From the IMG/VR virus record IMGVR_UViG_3300002835_000027, positions 1-64,000 of that record: a stretch of DNA of 64,000 nucleotides; one strand, written 5' to 3'. The DNA is from a virus (taxonomy: Duplodnaviria > Caudoviricetes). Below are positions 20,332 through 28,243 of this stretch, in pieces (positions within the stretch are counted from its first letter, which is position 1; each line of letters starts with the position of its first letter). The notes under the pieces are model-generated. The model worked only from the letters and a program-made list of their open reading frames with translations, ran no database searches and had not been told where the DNA came from. Made by a program: the position numbers and the translations under genes.

Positions 20332-21057
20332 TTACCACGAAATTTCTTTTGAATAAGGAACCGGGTCAACTAAATTTAAATTTTTAAATGCCATAATCCT
20401 TTCAGCACAAGATGCACAAATACCACACGATACACCATTTTCATCAGCATCATAACAAGTTAATGATAAACTATAATCACAATCTAATGCTAACCCAATT
20501 TTTAATTCCTCGGTCTTATTTAACGAAACAAGCGGAGTAAAAATTTCAATTTTATTCAATCTATTTAAATTCGCTACATTTTGCAATGATTCTACAAATT
20601 CAGGAGTAGTATCCCAATAGTTATATTGATCATTAGAATTTAATCCTAATGCAATCGCCCCACAATTATTTGCTTCAGCAAATGATAATAACATAGATGA
20701 AAATAATAAATTACGAAATGGAATATAAGAAACCACTTGCGGATTACCTAATGCTTCGATAATAGTAGGAACTTTAATATCAGATCCTTGAATATTAGAA
20801 GAAACTCCTTTACTAATATCACCTAAGAATGAAACATCAACTAATTGATGATTAACTCCTAATTTATCGCAAGATTTTTTAGCTACTTCTAATTCGTAAC
20901 TTTGCTTTTGTTGATAATAAAAACTAATAGCATGAACATTTTCAGCTCCGTACTTATGTTTTAACATATAAAGTAAAGTCGTACTATCCAACCCGCCAGA
21001 TAATGATAAAGCTACTTTTTTAGTATCTGGGAAATAAACATTTTCTAATTCAGTCAT
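20332..21057 (-). CDS. queC: 7-cyano-7-deazaguanine (preQ0) synthase
   Basis: SGGLDS PP-loop, YIPFRN, Y.DT.PEF, TPL..LNK, TCY...CGICASCAER zinc site. Confidence 0.96.
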   Translation of the reverse strand: MTELENVYFPDTKKVALSLSGGLDSTTLLYMLKHKYGAENVHAISFYYQQKQSYELEVAKKSCDKLGVNHQLVDVSFLGDISKGVSSNIQGSDIKVPTIIEALGNPQVVSYIPFRNLLFSSMLLSFAEANNCGAIALGLNSNDQYNYWDTTPEFVESLQNVANLNRLNKIEIFTPLVSLNKTEELKIGLALDCDYSLSLTCYDADENGVSCGICASCAERIMAFKNLNLVDPVPYSKEISW

Positions 21058-21086
21058 ATCAATCTCAATATTAATTAAAAAATAAT

Positions 21087-21115
21087 ATTATACTACTTTT
21101 TAAATAAAATATCAA
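21087..21115 (-). promoter_or_regulatory. Sigma70-type promoter for queC
   Basis: TTGATA-17-TATAAT on the minus strand. Confidence 0.75.
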
Positions 21116-21270
21116 TACATTTAAATAGACATCAAAATCCGGGCATAATAGGCCTATATTTCCAAGATAAATTAAAATCAATGGTAATATATAAGATTAA
21201 TTAAAATTGGCTATAAAGCCAAAATTAAACAGGGATTTAACATAATAAATATCAATTTTAGGAGTGTTAC

Positions 21271-21579
21271 ATGTTATTACAAGAATTAATGGGGAATCCT
21301 AGCCATTACGAACACGATCAATTAATTAAAAAAGCTATTAAAAAATATGCAAAAGATCCATATATGATTATTGATAGTGCGGTTGGTTTAGTTCATAAAG
21401 TTTATAATGAATTGGGTTTACCCATCCCGACATTATTAAGTGATCCAGAATACGATAATTTTAATGCGAACAATATATTCGCAGTTAAACAATTACAAAA
21501 AGCAACGATGGATGGCGTCAGAGACGATAGATGGAAAATAACTAAAGATTCTAGTCCGTTTTTAAAAACAACCAAATAA
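21271..21579 (+). CDS. Hypothetical late protein
   Basis: AGGAG RBS; ATAAATATCAA at 21245; starts MLLQEL. Confidence 0.7.
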   Translation: MLLQELMGNPSHYEHDQLIKKAIKKYAKDPYMIIDSAVGLVHKVYNELGLPIPTLLSDPEYDNFNANNIFAVKQLQKATMDGVRDDRWKITKDSSPFLKTTK

Positions 21580-21588
21580 TACGAAGTA

Positions 21589-21617
21589 TTGAATATTTAA
21601 GTAGTATGAGTTATAAT
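21589..21617 (+). promoter_or_regulatory. Sigma70-type promoter for queE
   Basis: TTGAAT-17-TATAAT. Confidence 0.7.
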
Positions 21618-21646
21618 ATACTTTTTTAATATAAAGAGTATATAAT

Positions 21647-22462
21647 ATGGCAAATCAATATAGATTATCTGAGCAGTTCTTTTCAATACAGGGCGAAGGT
21701 CAATATGCGGGCTCGCCATCATTATGGGCTCGTGTATTTGGTTGTAATCTTAAATGTCCTAAATTTCCATGCGATACTGAATATAGTTGGAATGGTGATT
21801 ATAAAGATGATGCGTCATTAGTTACTGCATCACAAATAGTCGATAATTGGGTTGAAATGCTTAAAACCAAAGAAAATCCAGCTGGTGATTTAATACATCC
21901 GATCACTCGAAATATTATGCATATGGTAATTACTGGAGGTGAACCATTATTACCTAAATATCAACGCATGTTTGTTGAAGTTTATCGTGAATTAGCAGAT
22001 CGTTATAATAAAGAGCAACCATTTTATGCGACGATCGAATCTAACGGAACTCAATCATTATCTACTGAGTTCGAAGAATTTATGAATCAACCATACGGTA
22101 TAAATGATCCGTATTTTGATGTTTTATTTTCATTTAGTCCGAAATTAGAAACAGTTAGCGGCGAAAAAAATGCAATTAATTATGAAAATATTATTCATAT
22201 AATGTCTGAATATTCAGTTCAATTGAAATTTGTTTGTGATGCTACAGCTGAGTGCGAAGAAGAATTGGATTACGTAGTTAATAAATTATCATCGATGTGT
22301 ACAAAATCATTATTAACGGATAAATTATGGGTAATGCCGCTAGGAACTACACGTGACGATCAATTACAGATTGCACCTATTGTAGAAAAATATCAAGCAA
22401 AAGGATATAAAATTGCGACAAGAAATCATACGTATATTTGGTCGGACGATAAGGGTAGATAA
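21647..22462 (+). CDS. queE: 7-carboxy-7-deazaguanine synthase (radical SAM)
   Basis: FFSIQGEG..AG.PS, R.FGCNLKC....CDT.YSW, ITGGEP, IESNGT, SPKL, LKFV, VMPLG. Confidence 0.93.
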   Translation: MANQYRLSEQFFSIQGEGQYAGSPSLWARVFGCNLKCPKFPCDTEYSWNGDYKDDASLVTASQIVDNWVEMLKTKENPAGDLIHPITRNIMHMVITGGEPLLPKYQRMFVEVYRELADRYNKEQPFYATIESNGTQSLSTEFEEFMNQPYGINDPYFDVLFSFSPKLETVSGEKNAINYENIIHIMSEYSVQLKFVCDATAECEEELDYVVNKLSSMCTKSLLTDKLWVMPLGTTRDDQLQIAPIVEKYQAKGYKIATRNHTYIWSDDKGR

Positions 22463-22496
22463 TAACCGGTGAATTTATCTGGAATAAATATTAGTG

Positions 22497-22710
22497 AAGA
22501 AGTAAAAAGATATTGTTTGATAGATTTGTAAAACAGAAGTAAGGAAAACGATTCAATCGCGATATAAGTCGTTATTTTATATCGCATTTACGTTAAATGA
22601 ATAGTGTTTTATAAGCGGTGAAATTCCGAAATATACCAAAAAACGCTATCCACCTCATGTTAGTTACTCAGTTGTATTTTAGGTAACTAATAGAAAGGAG
22701 ATATTAAGAT
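22497..22710 (+). ncRNA. Candidate structured 5' leader or small RNA upstream of cell-wall hydrolase
   Basis: ORF-free interval after ATAAATA (22484-22490) with successive stems 22559-22585, 22586-22598, 22601-22649 (enclosing CGG-TGAAATT-CCG) and 22660-22690. Confidence 0.4.
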
Positions 22711-23169
22711 ATGGTAAAAAAAATAGGTTTAATATGGTTGGGTTATATGTTATTTACGCCGGTAGGATTTGCAAAAACCTCGGTAAGTAAAGTTGACTCA
22801 GATATTCAATGTATGGTACGTACAGCTCAAGCTGAAGCAGAAAATCAATCGAAACCTGCTAAAATTGGAGTTTTGTATGTGATTCATAATCGAGTCAAAC
22901 AAAGACATAAATCGTACTGTACTATAGTTAATGAAAAATCACAGTTTAGCCATCGACGGATTAAATTGGCTAAAAAGTGTAAACGACAATACATGGAGTT
23001 GTATAATTTAGCAAAAGCAGTCATGGATGAAAGTGTTGAAGATGTAACAGACGGAGCTACATTTTTTCACGACGACTCATTAACAAAGAACCCGTTTAGA
23101 CGAACTAAACGCACAATTAAATTAGACAATATGGTCTTTTATAGATCTACTAAAACTTCTAGCGCATGA
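22711..23169 (+). CDS. Cell wall hydrolase, SleB/Hydrolase_2 family, with signal peptide
   Basis: C.....QAEAENQ, V.YVIHNRV, CTIV...SQFS, DVTDGATFFH, MVFY; AAGGAG RBS; hydrophobic N-terminus. Confidence 0.9.
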   Translation: MVKKIGLIWLGYMLFTPVGFAKTSVSKVDSDIQCMVRTAQAEAENQSKPAKIGVLYVIHNRVKQRHKSYCTIVNEKSQFSHRRIKLAKKCKRQYMELYNLAKAVMDESVEDVTDGATFFHDDSLTKNPFRRTKRTIKLDNMVFYRSTKTSSA

Positions 23170-23224
23170 CGATCTAGAATATTATTACAAATAAACAATA
23201 TCTTGCAGTTCCCGTTTTCCGAGG

Positions 23225-23254
23225 AGAGTTGGTTTTATTAACCAACTCTTTTTT
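23225..23254 (+). terminator. Intrinsic terminator
   Basis: AGAGTTGGTT / AACCAACTCT stem followed by a T run. Confidence 0.8.
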
Positions 23255-23301
23255 AATGTCCAATAAATATATATTTTTAAATACTATTCCGGGGATTTAA
23301 T

Positions 23302-23454
23302 ATGGAATTATTGCTAGAATTATATGAAAAATACAACGGTTCGACAAAAGCCGCAGTTAGTAAACAGACGAAAGCTACAGTTTATCACGATGATTATATA
23401 AAATCAAAAAGTGGTAAAAAAGCTAAAAAACGTTATAGTAAAAAAAATAAATAA
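23302..23454 (+). CDS. Small basic protein (50 aa) not in the ORF track
   Basis: Hand translation MELLLELYEKYNGSTKAAVSKQTKATVYHDDYIKSKSGKKAKKRYSKKNK; GGGGA RBS; ATAAATA at 23263. Confidence 0.6.
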   Translation: MELLLELYEKYNGSTKAAVSKQTKATVYHDDYIKSKSGKKAKKRYSKKNK

Positions 23455-23465
23455 TCGGATTTAAA

Positions 23466-24260
23466 ATGACACCTCAAGATATTTTAAGATTGGCTGGCGT
23501 AGCGCAGACTGATCAACCAGAACCTCATTGTTCGATGAGCCCTGAATATACCGCCGACCAAAAAGAAGATTCTTGCTGTGATGGTGTAAAATATGCATTA
23601 TTAGATTTTATCGAGCGATATAATCACGAAAGTGAAAATCAGCAAACCCCAAATGCGAAACGATTATATTTAGATATAGTAACTAAATTAGATAATATTA
23701 TCGGCCGCTTAAACTCAAATGATATTGATAATGCGAAACAATTATTTAATCAATTAGATAATCGTATTAAACAAAATATAATATCATCAGATGATGTATT
23801 ATCATCATTTTTCAACTGTGATACTAATAATCAAATAACGGTGACTATAATGGCAAATGAAGCAGATGACGATTGCTGCCCAGTAGATGTACCGAGTGAA
23901 ATTATTGCTGATATTAAAACCGCAATTAAAGAATTAGATGATGGTAATAATTATGAATATATTTCTCATCTATCTGGAGCGGCGGATGAATTTCAGCGTC
24001 ATCAATACACTCGCGAAATATTAAATACATTATTAAACTACTTAACTAAAGCAAATGAAAACTCAGTAACAAATGCATCTATCTATTTAACTTCAGTTAG
24101 TAATGTTTATAAATGTTGCATACCTCAATCAGTTTGGAAGTTCCTAGCTGTAGATTACCATAAAGGTAATTCAATTAAAGATAAATTAAATATGGTTAAA
24201 AATAAATTGGTAGTGAAACCAATTACAATCAACAGTATGGATACTAACAATAAAGGGTAA
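23466..24260 (+). CDS. Hypothetical protein (possible virion protein; internal duplication)
   Basis: Starts with ILRLAGV motif seen in large-phage virion proteins; two DxCC-led helical halves. Confidence 0.6.
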   Translation: MTPQDILRLAGVAQTDQPEPHCSMSPEYTADQKEDSCCDGVKYALLDFIERYNHESENQQTPNAKRLYLDIVTKLDNIIGRLNSNDIDNAKQLFNQLDNRIKQNIISSDDVLSSFFNCDTNNQITVTIMANEADDDCCPVDVPSEIIADIKTAIKELDDGNNYEYISHLSGAADEFQRHQYTREILNTLLNYLTKANENSVTNASIYLTSVSNVYKCCIPQSVWKFLAVDYHKGNSIKDKLNMVKNKLVVKPITINSMDTNNKG

Positions 24261-24266
24261 AAACCA

Positions 24267-24761
24267 ATGGATCTTATTCGCGAATTAAATGATGAAGTAG
24301 AACAATCAGTTCTAGAATTAAACGAAGCAGTTATTGCTTTTAATGAAAATTGTTTGTTTTTAAATTATGATGGTGCAGATCTCTGCGAAACTGCAATTAA
24401 TTTTTTAACTAAATTATCTAACGATATAGGCGAACAAAAATTAACTGAATCTGAAATTGCAAGTAAAATGAGTGCACTTTCAGTATTATCGTTATTTAAA
24501 AAGCCGCAAGATTATTCAAATATTGTTACTGAATCTTCTTCTATTAGAAGTTATATGAAATTAGATGAATCAACTGATGGTTTAGATGAAAGTCAAGCTA
24601 TTTGGTTAGAAGCATTGGGTAAATTAAAATCAGAACATAATGAAAATGGATTATCACTAAAAAAACATTATATTGAATTATTAGAAAACAATCCATCAAC
24701 ATTAAGTTCAGTTATAGCCGAATTAAAAAGCGACTATAAAAATATTAGAAATAAAATTTAA
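24267..24761 (+). CDS. Acidic hypothetical protein, possible internal head/core protein
   Basis: Many L-x-E sites (LNE, LCE, LTE, LDE x2). Confidence 0.6.
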   Translation: MDLIRELNDEVEQSVLELNEAVIAFNENCLFLNYDGADLCETAINFLTKLSNDIGEQKLTESEIASKMSALSVLSLFKKPQDYSNIVTESSSIRSYMKLDESTDGLDESQAIWLEALGKLKSEHNENGLSLKKHYIELLENNPSTLSSVIAELKSDYKNIRNKI

Positions 24762-25426
24762 CTAATAGATCTAAAAAATTCACTTCTTATCTGAGCATCA
24801 CTTTTAAACAGTCCAGACATTGCGGCTGTTGAAGTGATGCTACTGGTATCTCGAACACCACGAGTCATAACACACATATGATTTGCATTAATAACTACGC
24901 CGACATCATCAGTTTCTAAAATACATTTTAATGCTTCCATAATTTGATGAGTTAATCTTTCTTGAACTTGCGGTCTTTTCGCAAAAAATTCAACGATTCG
25001 ATTAATTTTACTTAATCCAATAACTGTTTTGTTCGGAATATATGCAACATGACATCCACCGCCAGTTAATGACATAATCGGTAATAAATGATGTTCGCAA
25101 GATGAATGCAATGTAATATCTTTTACTAATACAAATTCTTCAGGACAACTCATTTTATTTTCAATAACAGTACATTTTGGGAAATTATCATAATTTAACC
25201 CAGAAAAAATTTCCTTAACGTACATCTTAGCTACACGATGAGGTGTTTCTTGTAAACTATCATCGGTTAAATCGACATGTAATGCTTTTAAAATTTTAGC
25301 AACATAACCTTCAATTTGCTCTAATTGCTCATTTTCAGTTAATATACGTTCGGTAGTAGGTGTTTCAATACCTAATGATAATAAATGCTGATGTACTTTT
25401 TGACCTAAGGCTTCATCTTTTTTCAT
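24758..25426 (-). CDS. folE: GTP cyclohydrolase I
   Basis: ETPHRVAKMY..EIFSGL, S.CEHHLLP, VIGLSKINRIV, RPQVQERLT.QI, HMCV.TRGV; start placed at the ATG after GGAG. Confidence 0.97.
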   Translation of the reverse strand: MKKDEALGQKVHQHLLSLGIETPTTERILTENEQLEQIEGYVAKILKALHVDLTDDSLQETPHRVAKMYVKEIFSGLNYDNFPKCTVIENKMSCPEEFVLVKDITLHSSCEHHLLPIMSLTGGGCHVAYIPNKTVIGLSKINRIVEFFAKRPQVQERLTHQIMEALKCILETDDVGVVINANHMCVMTRGVRDTSSITSTAAMSGLFKSDAQIRSEFFRSIS

Positions 25427-25452
25427 GTAAAAATTCTCCATTTAAAAGTAAA

Positions 25453-25481
25453 ATTATAACCGATATTTACATAAAATACAA
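25453..25481 (-). promoter_or_regulatory. Sigma70-type promoter for folE
   Basis: TTGTAT-17-TATAAT on the minus strand. Confidence 0.6.
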
Positions 25482-25489
25482 GCAGATAT

Positions 25490-25966
25490 TTAATTTGGTA
25501 AACCAGAAATTTGCATCATTTGTCTAGTATTACTAGTCCATAATGTATATTGTTGTTTATTATCCGGGCTTGTACTCGTTTTATGATCAATATCAGTTCC
25601 ATTTAAAATAGCCGATCTAATTCGAAATTCGTCTTTTGTGCCTTTTGAAATATCATATTCCCATAATTCAGTAAAGGTACCGTCGCCATCTTTTCTTTTG
25701 TATATTAAATGAGCATCTTTAATTGTTCTAATGACTCCCTGTCTATCAGGATCTCCCTCATCTTCTTCATCGTCATTATCTTCTGATTGATTCTGATCAT
25801 CTGAATCATTATATGAATCATCTGATTGTTTATTTAGGTCATTGTTAATATTTTGAGATTTATCTTCGTCTGAATCATCCGATTGATCTTCGTCATTATT
25901 TTGTTTACTAAAATCAATCAACTTGAATTTTGCTTCAGATAAATATTGTTCGAATCTTAATTTCAT
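25490..25966 (-). CDS. Hypothetical protein with acidic linker; candidate internal head protein
   Basis: N-terminus MKLRFEQYLSEAK resembles the T4 capsid-targeting sequence; D/E/N/Q-rich linker then a globular domain. Confidence 0.65.
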   Translation of the reverse strand: MKLRFEQYLSEAKFKLIDFSKQNNDEDQSDDSDEDKSQNINNDLNKQSDDSYNDSDDQNQSEDNDDEEDEGDPDRQGVIRTIKDAHLIYKRKDGDGTFTELWEYDISKGTKDEFRIRSAILNGTDIDHKTSTSPDNKQQYTLWTSNTRQMMQISGLPN

Positions 25967-26000
25967 GGCGCCGCATCTTTGGAAAAGGAAAAAATAAAAT

Positions 26001-26402
26001 ATGACTCATACAATAGATGATATCATTATTGATGAAAAACCCATTTCGGATCATTATCCATATTTATCACGCATTATTTTTAATAACGGATTAAATTATA
26101 CATGCCTTATAGATAATGTTTACCCAAAATGGATTGCTGCATACAACTTATCGCAATTAAGTACCTATCATATAGATGAAAAAAATCTATGTTCAATAAT
26201 CGATAAATGGCATACCGACGGATCAATTATACCAGTCTCTATATTCTTCGAACAGCAGGGTATGAAACCTTATATTTCAAATATTTTAAATCATTTTAAT
26301 ATGAAAAATATTAAATCAATTACCGGCCCAGTTTATTCATTTAATCAGAAACCAAAATCAGTTAAGAAGATTAGAATTGCCTCTAATATAATCCATAAAT
26401 GA
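26001..26402 (+). CDS. Hypothetical protein
   Basis: AAGGA RBS; YPYLS...W.....IPVSIF...ITGPV; basic C-terminus. Confidence 0.65.
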   Translation: MTHTIDDIIIDEKPISDHYPYLSRIIFNNGLNYTCLIDNVYPKWIAAYNLSQLSTYHIDEKNLCSIIDKWHTDGSIIPVSIFFEQQGMKPYISNILNHFNMKNIKSITGPVYSFNQKPKSVKKIRIASNIIHK

Positions 26403-26738
26403 TTGATGTTCAAATGCATTACTATTTCTATCGGAATTTGGATCAATTAATGCTTTTGCATCTTGAGTTAATTCACCAGTTTCGGTAGTAACGCCGTGCG
26501 ACTGTAATAATTCTTCGCCTTTATCTGTTATATGAATAGTATTATCTTTATGTGAATATTCGATAATTTCTAATTCATCTAATAAATCTCTTGCCGCAAT
26601 TAATTTCTCGTCAGTTAATGATACGTGACTCGGTTCATTAACTGCGCCGGCTTCTACTGACAAAGCCAATAATTTTTTTTGATATTCAGTTAATTCAATA
26701 TCGTGCAATTCTTGGTGTATCGTTTCGAAAATATTCAT
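26358..26738 (-). CDS. Hypothetical protein, possible winged helix
   Basis: LTEYQKKLL...L.ELEII.......IHITDKGEELL pattern. Confidence 0.55.
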   Translation of the reverse strand: MNIFETIHQELHDIELTEYQKKLLALSVEAGAVNEPSHVSLTDEKLIAARDLLDELEIIEYSHKDNTIHITDKGEELLQSHGVTTETGELTQDAKALIDPNSDRNSNAFEHQSFMDYIRGNSNLLN

Positions 26739-26746
26739 TATAATCC

Positions 26747-27319
26747 TTATAAGATTTGTGCACTTATTAAATGCATTTGTAATACTACTATATGAGCATA
26801 AGCTACCGCATGCGATTTTTTATAATCAGATGCATTTGCTTTTTTATATATTTCAGCCCGAGTATTAATTTTATCCGCTATGTATTTATTTAATAAAATC
26901 CGCTTTCCTGGTCTAATTAATGCGATACAATCAGCAATTTCCATTATTGATCTTGGTTTTATTTTATAAACGATATCGAAACTATTACCCAATTGAAATA
27001 ATTTAGAGACGTTTTCTTTTACTAATAATATATTCCAATCCGGCTCCTTTTTAATTAAAGCTTTAATTTGAGTTTTATCTTCGAAAATATCAAGGGCTGA
27101 TAAATGCAACATATCAATTTTAAAATAATTAAAATCAGATGCTACATTAAATGGTATTGCTGCTAATTTCGTAATTGGATCGGTTGGTATATTTTGGAAA
27201 TAAACTCCTACTGGATGTTTTAATAATTCATTATTTTGAATTCTTGATGCGTAAGCGACATCAAATAATGATTTCGGATCGAATGAACTTACTACATCAA
27301 TATCAATATCGGCGGACAT
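26747..27319 (-). CDS. Minimal DnaE (Pol III alpha)-like catalytic core, 190 aa
   Basis: ADIDID, KHPVGV, FKIDML.L, LFQL, KPRSI.EIADCIALIRPG, KKSHAVAYA in DnaE order; GAGG RBS. Confidence 0.85.
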   Translation of the reverse strand: MSADIDIDVVSSFDPKSLFDVAYASRIQNNELLKHPVGVYFQNIPTDPITKLAAIPFNVASDFNYFKIDMLHLSALDIFEDKTQIKALIKKEPDWNILLVKENVSKLFQLGNSFDIVYKIKPRSIMEIADCIALIRPGKRILLNKYIADKINTRAEIYKKANASDYKKSHAVAYAHIVVLQMHLISAQIL

Positions 27320-27348
27320 ATTTTCCTCAATTTCTATAGTACGATAGT

Positions 27349-27377
27349 ATTATAACATAATTATAGCAAATAGTCAA
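27349..27377 (-). promoter_or_regulatory. Sigma70-type promoter for the mini-DnaE gene
   Basis: TTGACT-17-TATAAT with extended TG. Confidence 0.8.
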
Positions 27378-27451
27378 TATATCGGCTGGAACTATATAAT
27401 AAAATAATATATAATTCATATTACATACGTTAATTATATTGAGGAAAACTG

Positions 27452-28168
27452 ATGTTATTTAACCCCGAAGAAATAGTCCAGCGCGGTATTATCTCTGGCT
27501 CATTCAAAATACAAACTAATGCTATAGATTTTACATTAGATTCATTATTTGGTATAGACAATCAAATTAGTTACATTTCTAATGATAAAACTCAAATCGA
27601 ACATCAAGGCAGAGTTAAACTCCCATTATTAAATGCAAATTCTGTTCGCAAAAATTATTTTTTATCATCAACCGAAGATGAAAATATAAGTGGTTGGTTA
27701 TTAAGTCCTAATACGTCGTACGATGGAACCAGTGAAGTTTACGTCGAAGTTCCTGAAGGTATGGCTGCATTCTTAATTGTTAGATCTACGTTAAATAGAA
27801 ATGCGATTAGATTAACCTCAGGATTATACGATTCCGGATATAAAGGACATATTGGTTTCGCTTTACATAATGGTGTAGGTGAAACCTTTATAGAACAAGG
27901 AACATGCGTCGGTCAAATTTGTTTTATTGAATCTAAAAATGCGGCGCTGTATGCTGGCGGATATAATAATGAGAAAGGTCAACATTGGACAGATTCGACT
28001 CAAGGTAAAGTTAAACCCAAAACCAAAGAATCTGTAGATCCAGTAGTTGATTTATCAATTGAACCGAAAGTTGAAAATACATCTGCGGTCGAAGTAGTAG
28101 TTGCTACTGAATCAATTGAAGTAGTTACTGAATCAAAACCAACAACTACAACTCGTAGACGTAGATAA
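27452..28168 (+). CDS. dCTP deaminase / trimeric dUTPase family protein
   Basis: NAIDFTL, EVPEGMAAFLIVRSTLNR, SGLYDSGYKG, IEQGT.VGQI.F, Y.GGY. Confidence 0.85.
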   Translation: MLFNPEEIVQRGIISGSFKIQTNAIDFTLDSLFGIDNQISYISNDKTQIEHQGRVKLPLLNANSVRKNYFLSSTEDENISGWLLSPNTSYDGTSEVYVEVPEGMAAFLIVRSTLNRNAIRLTSGLYDSGYKGHIGFALHNGVGETFIEQGTCVGQICFIESKNAALYAGGYNNEKGQHWTDSTQGKVKPKTKESVDPVVDLSIEPKVENTSAVEVVVATESIEVVTESKPTTTTRRRR

Positions 28169-28176
28169 TAGTTTAT

Positions 28177-28210
28177 AACCCACTATATTAATTAATATAG
28201 TGGGTTTTTT
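28177..28210 (+). terminator. Intrinsic terminator (perfect 30-bp palindrome plus T run)
   Basis: AACCCACTATATTAATTAATATAGTGGGTT followed by TTTT. Confidence 0.8.
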
Positions 28211-28243
28211 ATTGGTATAAATATCCGTTTTTATGAGGTAATT

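Noticed and set aside
2545-21235. Possible dispersed intergenic repeat (AAAT[T]AAA[A]TCAA plus small hairpin near 2551, 8349, 21166)
   Set aside because: Similarity is short and almost entirely A/T; not distinguishable from chance by eye.
22600-22650. FMN or cobalamin riboswitch, or tRNA
   Set aside because: Only the T-loop hairpin matches; flanking conserved elements and a cloverleaf are absent.
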